DNA of 64,000 bases from Blepharisma stoltei ATCC 30299 (GCA_965603825.1 CBFDEM010000040.1:62001-126000), one strand, 5' to 3'. Numbered from the stretch's first letter, positions 13,139-25,022 are shown. Numbers and translations are program-made. The notes: generated from the sequence alone by a model not told the origin.

Positions 13139-14557
13139 ATGTGAAAACTTTTGTTTTTCTTTTCAGCTTATTTGTTAGCCCAAGCTGAAGAAAACTATTA
13201 CAAGCTTTTAAATGTGAACATTGACGCAAATGAACAAACAATCAGGCGAGCATTTAAAAAACTTGGCTTAAAATACCACCCAGACAAAAATGAAGACAAT
13301 AAAGAAGAAGCTGAAAAAATGTTCATGAAAATTGCGAATGCTTATGAAGTTCTTATGGATTCAGAAAAAAGAGCGATTTATGACAAATATGGAGAAGCTG
13401 GTTTGAAAAAGCACCAAGAGCAAGAAAGCCAGAAAAAAGAGCAGCAAATCAGGTTTGGAGACAGGTATAATCAGTTTTTCGGAGGGAAAAAACAGAAATT
13501 GTTCGATGATAATAAGCCAAATCCTTATGAAAATACTGATGTAATAACTATTGATTTGGCTAACATCAATAAGCTGTTTAGGAGAAATGAAGTTTGGCTC
13601 ATTAATTTTTTTTCAGCCCATAGCCAGGCTTGTGCAGAATTTAAGGACTTGTGGATTACAATGGCAGTAAAATTGGCTGGAATTATAAAAATTGCAGCAA
13701 TCGATTGTGAGGAAGAAGAAGAATTATGCGACGAATACAGCATTAAGTATTTTCCTTCAATTATGCTGTTTTCTGATAATACAGCAGAATATCCTGAACT
13801 GTATAAAGGCGAAAAAACTCTTCAAGCCATGAGCGATTTTGCTATAAATAAAATGCAGAGCTTTGTGAGGCTGGTAAACACCAGAAATTTCCATGAATTT
13901 ATTGAAGTTGACCCAAATGTCGCTAAAATTTTGATTTTTACTGATAGAAAAGTTACTTCTCCTCAGCTGAAAGCATTTTCCAAAGAATTCAAAGGAAAAG
14001 TAAATTTCGGAGAAATCAGGTCAACTGAAACTGAGCTTGTCAATAAATATAACGTCAATGAATTTCCGACACTTATTGGGCTAGATGAAGAAAGCGAGGT
14101 AGATAAGTTTAAAGGCGAACAAAAAAGAGAAGAAATTTTAAACTGGATTAATGGATTTATTGAGAAAAGCAAAAATCATGGCTCAAAAATAAGGGAGTTA
14201 AGTAGAAACTTATATATCACTGGGAAGTGCTCAAAATCTGATAAAAATTATTGCTTTTTATGGTTTATTGATAGGGAAAATAATGATGCAAAAAATATTT
14301 TGAAAACATTAGCGAATGATTTTGCAAATGACCAAATAGATTTTTACTGGGTTGACAAAAAAAGATATCCAGCCTTTGGTTTAGCATTTGAGGGGAAAAT
14401 AGTCGCATACAGGCCTAAAAGAAAAAAATATGTCCAAATTGACTGTGAAGACTACAAGTGCCTACATGACAAACTATCTAACATTTTATCAGGAGGGGGA
14501 GATTTTATCCATTTAGAATTTGTTCCTGAGCTTATTGAATCGCGTACAGAACTGTAA
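13139..14557 (+). CDS. ER-luminal DnaJ + thioredoxin-like domain protein (ERdj3A/ERdj5/DNAJC16-like, ~472 aa)
   Basis: ATG 13139 followed by TGA gives signal peptide MWKLLFFFSAYLLAQA. J-domain HPD motif, Trx-like folds (SQAC in place of CxxC) and C-terminal RTEL (KDEL-like). Confidence 0.85.
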
Positions 14558-14832
14558 AAAGCCAAACTCTCATAATAAGCTCATTAATAGTATTTATTTC
14601 CAAAAATAATTTTCTTATAAGTATCGTAAAATTCTTTTATTTTTAATATTAAAATTTTGAGTTTCTATTGGACAAATTATAGTAACCGCTATAGCCAAAA
14701 CAAATTATAAATGGGATTAATTTAAGGATCTTATGAGTGCTTATCCTGCTATATAAAAAAATTCATAAAATTGAAATTGTATAGAAAATGCTGCTTAATT
14801 AGAAATATTTTTTCATTGGTACATTATATTAA

Positions 14833-15666
14833 ATGGGATCCACACAAGGTAAAGAAGAAGTAAATTGCATAATTCGCAAGACTTTAAATAAAACAGCCAA
14901 AGAAAAGCCTAAGCATAGAAGAATAGTGACATCACCAACTTCACCAAATAAAATTTCTCTTAAATTAGACCCACCTTCTCTATTTCTTCCCAAAAACCAC
15001 CAAGAAAAGCCAACACACGACAACTCCCAGTCCCAGCCAAAATTTTCTCACAATTATACTAAAAGCGAAAAAAATGCAATTTTGCCAGAAATAAAAGTAA
15101 GCCAAGTCTCATCCAAGGTAAATATAAGGTTTCATATAAGAAGCAGCAAAAAAATAAAGTCTCACCCTAATTCTAAAATAGGGTCTCCAAAAGAAACTTC
15201 TAATAAAAATCCAAATTTTGAAGAAGCCTTATTAAAATTTATGCACAAATCAGGCAATATCAATCCAGTATTTAAAGAATTATATGATAGTAACACAAAA
15301 CAGTCTGATCCAAATATTTTAGGAAATTCAAGATTGTCTGGAGACGGCCAAACTTCGCCAGTTTTGAATAAAACGGCTTTAAAGAGCTTCTCCTCTAGCA
15401 AGCCTATAAAAAGCTATTCATTGCCTGCTGATATGCCAGAACAAAAAAAAGTAAAAATTTTTGATACTGGCTTGGAAAGTAAAAAATCATTAAATGTGGA
15501 AGCCAGAAATGAATTAGAAAATCCATCAATGATTTTTGATAACTTAGACTTACATAAAATATCACAAAGACGCAAATCATTAGAAATAAACGTAGAAGGA
15601 GAAATCATTAAACGTCGTAGAGGCTCTTTTCAAATAAATTTCATAGAAAGCACGGAAAAAGCATAA
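14833..15666 (+). CDS. Hypothetical basic/Ser-rich protein, possibly N-myristoylated
   Basis: 277-aa ORF starting MGSTQG after an AT-rich leader. RRKS and RRGS PKA-like sites at the C-terminus. Confidence 0.7.
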   Translation: MGSTQGKEEVNCIIRKTLNKTAKEKPKHRRIVTSPTSPNKISLKLDPPSLFLPKNHQEKPTHDNSQSQPKFSHNYTKSEKNAILPEIKVSQVSSKVNIRFHIRSSKKIKSHPNSKIGSPKETSNKNPNFEEALLKFMHKSGNINPVFKELYDSNTKQSDPNILGNSRLSGDGQTSPVLNKTALKSFSSSKPIKSYSLPADMPEQKKVKIFDTGLESKKSLNVEARNELENPSMIFDNLDLHKISQRRKSLEINVEGEIIKRRRGSFQINFIESTEKA

Positions 15667-15730
15667 GACGCCTTCCTTATATAATAAAATATTATTGATT
15701 TTATTAATTATTCTGTTTCTCTGATTATAA

Positions 15731-17542
15731 ATGGAATCTTCAGTCCGTAGACTCTCACTCATTAGTAACCATCTTGGCCAACACACACCAAAATACACAT
15801 GGTTTAAACCTGATGGTTGGGTAACCTCTATTTAGGGCTTTACAGACACAAAATTCCGCTTAAACTCCAAAAATCAGGTTGAGCTCCAAGGAAATCGCTA
15901 CATTTATTCAGGTAAAGTCCTGCCCTCCTTTGTGCAGTTTATGTGTGATATGGGCTTAGATTTAGCCAATAAATCAACGCTTCAGAACTCAATCCCAGTT
16001 GACCCTCCAGTGCGAAACCAAGCCTTTTTTGACCGTGTGAAGCCTTTTTCTCTCCACGTTACTGAAGATGACCAAGACCGTGCTTTTCATTCACATGGCC
16101 ACACATTGCAAGAAATGTTTATAGTCAAGTTTGGGAAATTTGAAAGGACAGTAGATATCGTTGTGTACCCAGGGACTGAAGAACACGTCGAAGGAATTGT
16201 GAAATTGGCGACTGAACTGAATGTGGTGCTAATTCCTTATGGAGGTGGGACCAATGTAACTCATGCGTTGCAGCTGGACCCTAATGAAAAAAGGACTATT
16301 TGTTCGGTGGATTTAAGCAAAATGAACCATGTCAGAGAGGTTAATATGACAAGTATGACGGCAGTGGTAGAAGCTGGAATTGCAGGAAAAGATTTAGAAA
16401 AAGAATTAGCTAGATATGGAGTTTGTTGTGGACACGAGCCTGATTCTGCAGAGTTCTCTACTTTAGGTGGCTGGATTAGCACAAATGCCTCAGGAATGAA
16501 GAAAAACGTATACGGAAATATTGATGATATTGTCCTCACAATAAGAATTGTCACTCCTCTAGGGACTTGGGAAAAGCCTTGCAATGCACCAAGAATGTCT
16601 ACAGGGCCAAACGTGAACCAATTTTTATTAGGTAGCGAAGGCTTATTTGGGGTATTTTCTATATAGATAATCACTCGTGCTACCATCAAAATCAAGCATC
16701 TCCCACTATGCAAAGTCTACGACTCCTACGTCTTCCCTAACTTCGAATTAGGCACAAAGTTCATGAAAGCTGTCGGGACCAGCAACATCCGCCCAGCCAG
16801 CGTCCGCTTAGTTGACAACTTACAATTCCAATTCGCCCTGGCCTTAAAACCTGCTGAAAATTCTCAATTTAAGCATTTTATGGACAAAGTAAAAAAATAT
16901 TATTTACTCACAATTAAAAAATTCGACCCAAAACAGCTATGTGCCTGCACACTTGTCTTTGAAGGGAACAGAGACGTCGTGAATTTACAACAAAAACAAA
17001 TAAGTAGGCTTGCAAGAAGCTGCAAAGGGCTACGTGGCGGCCCTGAAAACGGAATCCGTGGGTACTTTTTGACATATATGATAGCTTATTTAAGAGATTT
17101 CGGCATGGAATATGATTTAGTCGCAGAATCCTTTGAGACTGCCATTTCTTGGGACAAGCTAGATTCCCTGCTTAAAAACTTGCCTGTAAAATTTATGTAG
17201 AAATGCATAGAAGCCTCATGTGCGGCACGAGGAGTCAAAAAGAGACCATTTATTTCGTCAAGAATTACACAAGTTTATGATACAGGCTGCTGCATTTATG
17301 TATATTTCGGATTTTTCCACACAGGAGTTCCTAATCCAGTGCAAGCGTATTGTGAAATTGAAGACGAGGCCAGAGAAGAAATTTTGAGATGCGGAGGATC
17401 TCTAAGCCATCATCATGGAGTGGGGAAATTGAGGAAAAAATTCATGAATCAAGCAGTGGGAGAGCCAGGGTTGTCAATGATAAAAGGACTGAAAAAAGAA
17501 ATTGACCCAAAAAATATTTTCGCTAACGGCAATTTAATTTAG
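15731..17542 (+). CDS. AGPS: Alkyl-dihydroxyacetonephosphate synthase, peroxisomal FAD enzyme (~588 aa)
   Basis: GW|GFTDTKF, PYGGGTNV, GHEPDSAEFSTLGGWIST, GSEGLFG|IIT and SLSHHHGVGK motifs. Three 15-nt introns and an N-terminal PTS2 (RLSLISNHL). Confidence 0.95.
15821..15835 (+). other. 15-nt spliceosomal intron
   Basis: gtaacctctatttag; removal gives the conserved GWGF motif. Confidence 0.9.
16652..16666 (+). other. 15-nt spliceosomal intron
   Basis: gtattttctatatag; removal gives GSEGLFGIITRATIKI. Confidence 0.92.
17186..17200 (+). other. 15-nt spliceosomal intron
   Basis: gtaaaatttatgtag; removal reopens the AGPS frame to the C-terminus. Confidence 0.88.
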
Positions 17543-17569
17543 CTTATTTTTATGGAAATTATTTTAAAT

Positions 17570-18508
17570 ATGTCTAAATATAGATCACCTTCGAAAGCAA
17601 GCTCAAAAATATCAGACCTTATGAGCTTTTTAGAAACCCAAGACCAAGATAGCAAGTTTTCTTATTTAGAAGAATTTTCCAACCCAGATCCGGATACTTT
17701 GTCAGCTTATAGCGAAACAAAAGCAAAAATAATGACTTTAAAAATCGAATTAGAAGAGTCTAATAAAAATATTGACTCTTTAAAAGCGGCAATAGAAAAA
17801 TTAAAGCTGCAAAAAGAAGAAGCAGAAAAGGAATGGCAGACAGAAATGAGCCGGAAATTAGAAAGGCAAAGAGAAGAATATGAAGCAATTATTGAAAAAA
17901 ACGTAAATTTCATTGAAAATTTGTTGCAAGAAAAAGCTCAAAGAGACCAGTTGATCAATGAGCTAAAGAAAAAAATTAAAGAAAATGAAGCAAGTTATAT
18001 GAAAATTCTTTCAGAAAATGAAGAAAAGTACAAAAAAGAAATGAAAAAAGTCAAAGACAATTGAATCACACAAGAAAAACTCAGAAGAGAAAAATGAGAA
18101 AAAGAAAAAACACGAGAAATCAAAGAAATGACTGCAAAAGGTTTAGAACCTGAAATCACAAAGCTAATCACAGATAATAAAAAAAACATTGAAGAGCGCG
18201 AAGAAACTCACAAGCGGCAGCTCAGACAGCTAAGAGACGACCTAAAAGAAAAGCACCACGCTAAATTAAAAAAGCTTAAAGAGCAGCTTACCTACCAATA
18301 TGACGAAATCATAGAAAAAGAAAAAGAACTAAACAACCAAAAAATCCGCGAAATAATTGAAGAAAAAGACATAGAACTGCAAAACATTAGGAGAAGATGA
18401 AGCGACGAGCTTATAGAAGAAAGGGCCAGAATGGATACCATTTTAAGAGAAGAAATCAAAAGGTGGCAAGAAAAGGTAAGAGAAGCTGAAAATCGGAGTT
18501 TTAAATAA
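17570..18508 (+). CDS. CEP131/AZI1-like coiled-coil centriolar satellite protein (short form, ~312 aa)
   Basis: EKLRREK-W(TGA)-EKEKTREIKEMTAKGLEPEITKLI resembles the CEP131 motif. TGAs at 18062, 18095 and 18398; TAA 18506-18508. Alternative ATG at 17552. Confidence 0.75.
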
Positions 18509-18510
18509 TT

Positions 18511-19791
18511 TTAAACTATCATTTTTAAACGAGAAAAGGTAGGCTCCTCAAGCTGCTGAGTGTTGGCGGTATATCTTTCCATTAGTTCTTCTAAGCTTGA
18601 TAAGGATGAGCTGAATAAAGAACTGTCCATATACTGGGTATAGCTGCTGATAAAGGATTTCTTTTTGTGGAGTTTTAAAAATCGCTGCTTAAGGCTGGAG
18701 AAATAAGAGTTTATAGAATTTCCATTGGAAAGCTTCAATGCGGATATAGGGATGTGGAGAGGGGATTCATTGTATAAGGCCAATTTGAAGTTTTCTGGAT
18801 TTCAGCCGACCATTTTGTGGGAGTTTTTTAGCCGGTTTGTGTTTGCTTGGATATCGTAAATTGTAGCATTTCCTCTGAAGATTAATGCATTAGCCAAATA
18901 GACAGAATTTTTTGAGGAGAGTTTTATTAAACTATTTTCATCAGTAATTTCATTGAAAATCTGTACTAGTGATTTATCATCATGAATATTGTTTATTATA
19001 GAGCTTATCGGTGCTTTAGCAGCAGAAACATATTGCAAATTCGGAAATGGGACTAAATTAGACGAAATTTCTTTAAGACTCATCCCCAGCAGTCCTTGAT
19101 ATCTAATAGAGCACGTTAAATCTGATAAGTAGCTTGCAATTATATTATTCATCGTAATATAATTGGTGCTTGCATTAATTTCTGGGTTTCCTTCTGTATT
19201 TTTTTTAATTATGTCTAATAAAGCTTGGTTATCAATTTGATAAACACAATCAGCATATTCCGTCATTTCTTTCATAGCTAAAACTGCGTTATAAGGCCCG
19301 ACTTCATAAGAATTTTCAGGGAGAACTGAAAAATTAATGCGGAAAATCTCAGGGAAATGGTCAGATAATAAATTCAGCAGAAAAGACCCAAGACCGCTAC
19401 CAAGGCCTCCGCCTATGCTGTGAATTAATAAAAAATTGTCAAGGGATTCACATTGTTCAGCAATTGTTGTGATTTTGTCAAGAAACTCTTCTCCATGGCT
19501 TTGCCCTGATTGCAAGTATCCTTTAGCTCAATTGTGGCTGGCTTCTGGAATATCTGATATAATTGAACTATATAAAGACCTTTGGTGGATTTCACTGCTG
19601 CTGGAAGAAAATAAAATTTTTTTAAAATCTGATAGAAAAGGATTTGCAGACTCATTGGATTTTCTTTCAGATTCTGTAGGGATTTCTAAAGGGTTATAAA
19701 CAGCTCATTCTTGGATTATATTGTTGGTAAAAGCAGTCCCAATTTCATGCCCACATTTTCCTATTTCAAGTGATATAATTTCTTTGGGCAT
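18511..19791 (-). CDS. Highly divergent tubulin, most like epsilon-tubulin (~426 aa)
   Basis: MPKEIISLEIGKCGHEIG start, HN-W(TGA)-AKGY, HSIGGGLGSGLGS, PYNAVL, IDNQAL, NLVPFPNL and G-W(TGA)-NPENFK. TGAs at 19705, 19528 and 18802. Confidence 0.85.
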
Positions 19792-19972
19792 GCTTAATTA
19801 AATAAATAATTTTAAAGAGAATTTATTAATATGTTGAAAACAAAATTATCAAGAAAACACAAAAAAATTATTTTTTAATGATTAGCCTATTTTATGTATT
19901 AAAAAAGCTATTTATCTTAATCTCAGTCTCTATAAACCTCTATCCTCAAATATTCCTTTATCTTAAATAAAT

Positions 19973-22900
19973 ATGTACCTTTATTCTTTAACACTCCAGC
20001 CTGGCACTGGGATACACAAAGCAATATTCGGGAATTTTTCAGCATCCAAAGCTCAAGAAATCGCAGTTTCCAAAGGAAAAACCCTTGAAATTTACCGCAG
20101 CAATGAAAACACAGGTGCTCTTGAAGTAGTCTACAGTCAAGAAGTGTTTGGAATAATCCGCTCTCTCTGCACTTTTAGAATGACTGGCGCGAATCGAGAT
20201 ATGATAGTAATAGGCTCAGATTCAGGACGAATTGTATTTCTCCAGCTAGACCCAGTCACCAATAATCTTGAACAAGTCCACTTAGAGACCTTTGGGAAAT
20301 CAGGATGCCGCAGAATCGTTCCAGGCCAATATGTCGCTTCTGACCCTAAAGGCAGGGCTGTTATGATCTCTGCAATTGAAAAGCAAAAATTCGTGTACAT
20401 TCTTAACAGAGACAGCACCAGTAAGCTAACAATTTCCTCACCTCTAGAAGCTCACAAAGGAAGAACGATAGTTTTTGATATCTGTGGAATTGATGTCGGC
20501 TTTGAGAACCCTCAGTTTGCCTGTTTAGAAGTTGACTATGGCGACCCAGAGCTCCCTGATAGTGCTGTAGTTACAGGCCAAGGCCAAAAGCTCCTTACTT
20601 TTTATGAGATGGATTTAGGCCTAAATCATGTCATCAGGAAAATCGCTATGCCAACTGACAATTCTGCAAATATTTTGATCCCAGTACCAGGTGGCTCAGA
20701 TGGTCCTGGCGGGGTCTTATTATGCTGTGAAAACATTATCCGGTATTTTAATTTCCCAAGCACAGAGCTATCTTGTACATATCCTAGAAGAGCTGATATG
20801 TCATTAGAAAGAGGCTTAATGATAAACTGCTATTCCACCCACAAGCAAAAAGACTTATTTTTCTTTTTAATCCATACAGAGTTAGGAGACCTTTATAAAG
20901 TGTCCTTAAAATACAATAAAGACCAGGTCGAGTCTTTATCTGTGCAATATTTTGATACAATTTTTCCTTGTGTTTCTATATGTATTTTGAAGACTGGATT
21001 TTTATTTGCAGCTGCTGAATATGGAAACCATGCTTTATATCAGTTCCAAAATATAGGAGAAAATGACGAATTCGCTATAAGCAGCTCAGATTCAATGGAA
21101 ACTGTCCTATTTATGCCCCGGAAATTAACGAATATTGCGTTTTTATATGACACAGAAAGTTTGTGTGCAATCACTGATATGAAAATCCAAGACTTAGCTG
21201 AAGAAGGAAACCCTCAAATTTATGCTTTGTGTGGAAGAGGCCCAAGGTCAGCTTTAAGAGTCCTGAGACATGGGCTTGGAGTCACTGAAATGGCTTATTC
21301 AAACTTGCCAGGGAAGCCAAACGGGGTATGAAGCTTAAAAAGTGGCCACAAAGAAGGGGAAGTTTCTTATGACAAATATATCGTCATTTCATTTTTAAAT
21401 GCCACACTTGTATTAGGAATTGGAGAAAAGGTCACTGAAGTTACAGATTCAGGATTTGACGTCTCAGGTGGGACTATTCATGCAGGATTATTAGCGAATA
21501 ATTGTTATCTACAAATTCTTCAGTACGGGATGAGAGTTATTGCTTCAAAATATCAAGTCGACCCTTGGGAAGCGCCAGGAAAAATCAGCAGAGCTACTTC
21601 TAATGAAAAACAAGTAGCGTTTACTTTACAAGGCGGAATTTTGGTTTATTTTGAGCTTGATTCATCAGGGAAGCTTAAAGAAGCTGGAAAAAGAGAAATG
21701 GAACAAGAAGTCATTTGTATCAGTATTTCCAATATACCAGAAGGCAGAACTAGGGCACGATTTTTAGCATTGGGGTGTTTTGACAATACAATTAAAATTT
21801 TATCATTAGATCCTGAAGGGTGTCTAAGTAGGCTGAGCACTCAAGCTTTGCCTGGAAGTCAGCCTGAATCTGTGTGTTTATTAGAAATGGGCCACTCAGA
21901 AGAAACAAAAGATTTATACTTGCATGTAGGATTGTCAAATGGGGTAATGCTGAGAACGGTCATTGACTCGATAACTGGACAACTTTCAGATACTAGGGCA
22001 AGGTTTTTAGGGAATAAGCCTGCTAGACTTTTTAAGGGCTTTGTAGCTGGCGGCCAAGCACTTGTTTCGTTATCATCGAGGCCATGGATTGCGTATAATT
22101 ATATGTCAAGATTTTATATTACTCCTTTATCGTATGAAACCTTAGAATATGCAGCTTCATTTAGCTCAGAAATGTGCCCTGAAGGGTTTTTAGGGATTTC
22201 TGGTAATACCTTAAGAATTTTTACTATAGAAAAACTAGGAGAATTATTCAATCAATCTATAGTCCCGCTCCGCTATACGCCAAGAAAAATGGAAATTTAC
22301 CCCATTAATAAAAATCTAATTATCATTGAATCTGACCATAATGCATTCCCAGTCACCGAACGAGAAGAGCTCAAAGAAGCTGTCAAACAATTTTCTGAGT
22401 TTCGAGAACTTACAGATGCACAAATCAGCACCCCAAGTGCCGGCATCGGACGATGGGCTGCATGCATTAGAATCCTTGACCCCCGATCTCTAGAAACTAC
22501 CGAAATATTTGAGCTTACCGACAATGAAACAGCTGTCAGCCTCTGTGTCGCCAATTTTACAGGCTACGAAAGCGAAATGTTTTTAGTCCTAGGAACCGTC
22601 AAAGATATGAATCTACACCCAAGGAATTTTACTGCAGCCTATATCAGTGTCTTTCGAATCATCAACAACAAGCTTGAATTATTCCACAAAACCCAAGCCG
22701 AGGATATCCCACTCGCAATTTCTCCATTTTATGGAAAAATCCTAATCGGGGTCGGAAAATTTTTGAGGATTTATGAACTAGGCAAAAAAAAAATTTTAAA
22801 AAAATGCGAAAATAAAACAACTTTTCCGAATTTAATCAGCAATATAAAAGTTGATGGGGAACGTATTTTTGTGACGGATATCTCTGAAAGTGTATCAGTT

Positions 22901-23515
22901 TTAACGTGAAGCAAAGAAGATAATCAAATTTATTGCTTTGCAGACGACGTTATATCAAGATTCCTTACGAATTTTATTGTTCTGGATCATGATACAGTAG
23001 CAGCAGTTGATAAATTTGAAAATATGATGGTCCTAAGGCTTCCTGACGCTTGTGAAGAAGACGAAAGAGATATAAATACTGTCAAGTTTAAGTGGGAGGC
23101 TGGATTTTTAAATTCTGCTTATTATAAGCTTGAACATATTGCTCACTTCTATATAGGAGATTTGGCTACTTCTATACAAAAATCTGCATTAAGTGAAGGA
23201 GGGGCTGAAGCTTTGGTATATGGGACAACAATGGGGGCAATAGGGACTTTTCTTCCGATTACACAGAAAGATGACGTAGAATTTTTCGTCCATTTAGAAA
23301 TGTATATGAGGCAAGAAGCAAGGTCACTGGTGGGGAGAGACCATATGTCATTTAGGTCGTTTTATGCACCGATTAAAAATGTGATTGATGGGGATTTGTG
23401 TGAGCAGTATTCAAAATTGGACTATCAAACACAGCGGAGACTTGCTGAACAGCTTGAGCACAGTCCAAATGAAATACTGAAAAGGTTAGAAGACTTCAGA
23501 AATAAAATCTTTTAA
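19973..23515 (+). CDS. SF3B3: Splicing factor 3B subunit 3 (SAP130/Rse1, ~1180 aa)
   Basis: MYLYSLTLQP, GSDSGRI, ETFGKSGCRRIVPGQY and KNVIDGDLCEQY motifs. Three ORFs are joined in frame via TGA 21329 (PNGV-W) and 22907. Confidence 0.96.
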
Positions 23516-23588
23516 TAAAAAATTGGAAAAAATTGTTATTTTTTTTAATATACCGTAGAGTGAAGTTCAAAAAATTATTATTTTCATA

Positions 23589-25022
23589 ATGGAGGAAACG
23601 GATGAATCATTGAAATCCCCAAAAATAGAGGTCAACAAGCCAAAAAGGCCAATGTCAGCCTCTGGCGGAGAGCTGAAGAACAGACTTGCACAAATCTCAA
23701 AGCATGGGACTGCCGACACAAATTTTCGGCCTTTAACAGCTCCATCTAATGAAAAAGTGTATGAAATTAAAGAAGAGGCTGACATAGATGATCTGTTAAT
23801 CGAAAACAAAGAAGACTGAAAATTTTTATTTTCTGGGCGGCCCAGGACCTCCCACCCATCAAAACTTTCATATAAAAGTGTTTTTACTTCAAAATTACGC
23901 CCCCAGAGCGCAATCACTAATATCAAGCCGAAAAGTTTTAACCCGAAGCCACATTATTCAATAAATGCTTTTTCATTGTGTGAAATACTGAAAAAGGTAA
24001 AATCGTCGAGTGATGAAATGATGTTTAGAAATTCAAGCCCAAAATTGATTGATATTCAAATACTTCACAACCTTAAACGAAATACCACGAGCAAAGGAAT
24101 TTTAAGCTTAAATGCTGATGATCCGTCTACTATTTCGTTTAAATGCTTAGAATTAGAAGAATCTGCTATAAGATCAAGACCGCAGACAGCTGGGAGAATT
24201 CCTAAATACAAGCCGGCATCAGTTGCAAAAAAAGATGAAGAAAAAGAAAAAGAGGAAGAGCAGACTAAAAATAAAGCGTTTTTGCATGAAGTTTTAAGTA
24301 TTTTAACTGAAAATACTAAGGAAGAAAAATCTCAGGAGGTAATTAACAAAAACGAAGAAAAAGAAGAAATAAGTCAAAAAGAAAAAAAATCTTTTGGTAT
24401 CAAATTACCTCGCTCAAGCAATAAAAATGACAGAGAAATCAACACTTCAAGCCAAGACGATGTATCTTCAAGACTCAGCGATACTCTTAAAACAATTGAA
24501 AAACTCACAGAAAGAAGCTCAAATATAATCGAGAAAAAAAGTAACTATTCTTTATCAAAAATAAATGAAGTTGAGCAGCCATCTAGCACCGAAAGAGGGA
24601 AGCAAAATAAAGTATTTTTATTCAAAGCATGGAAAAACAAGCTTTCCATAAAAACTCCAAAAGTAGAGACCGAAATAGACGATCCTCACGACCTAGGGGC
24701 TTCCCTCAGAATCCATTCCCTACGATCCCCAAATGCTACAACTGAGCTTCCCATCAGATCTAAACAATCCTTTGCATCTCCTCGAGTAAGGCCTAAATCT
24801 GCGTATATTCAAAGCTCTACATATAGAAGAGAAAATCCGGCTAAAACTGAGATTGTTATTCCAGCTCCTTTTAGTGTCGCATTAAGAGGCAAAAAAGTTG
24901 AAGAATGCAACTCATTCGGGATAATGTTTAAGCCTTCAACCACAAGTGAGAAAAGAGCATCCCTTCCAATATCAACTATTGCCTTTAAAAGAGCAAAATT
25001 CTCAAATAAACTTGTAAAATAG
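23589..25022 (+). CDS. Hypothetical low-complexity protein with repeated RPx(S/T)A motifs
   Basis: ORFs 23589..23819 and 23976..25022 are in frame across TGA 23817. RPMSA, RPLTA, RPQSA, RPQTA and RPKSA occur. Confidence 0.7.

Noticed and set aside
16652-16666. UAG = Gln read-through instead of introns
   Set aside because: Read-through would insert 5 aa into conserved motifs. Every internal TAG is the end of a GTA...TATnTAG 15-mer, and AGPS and others terminate at TAG at the expected C-terminus.
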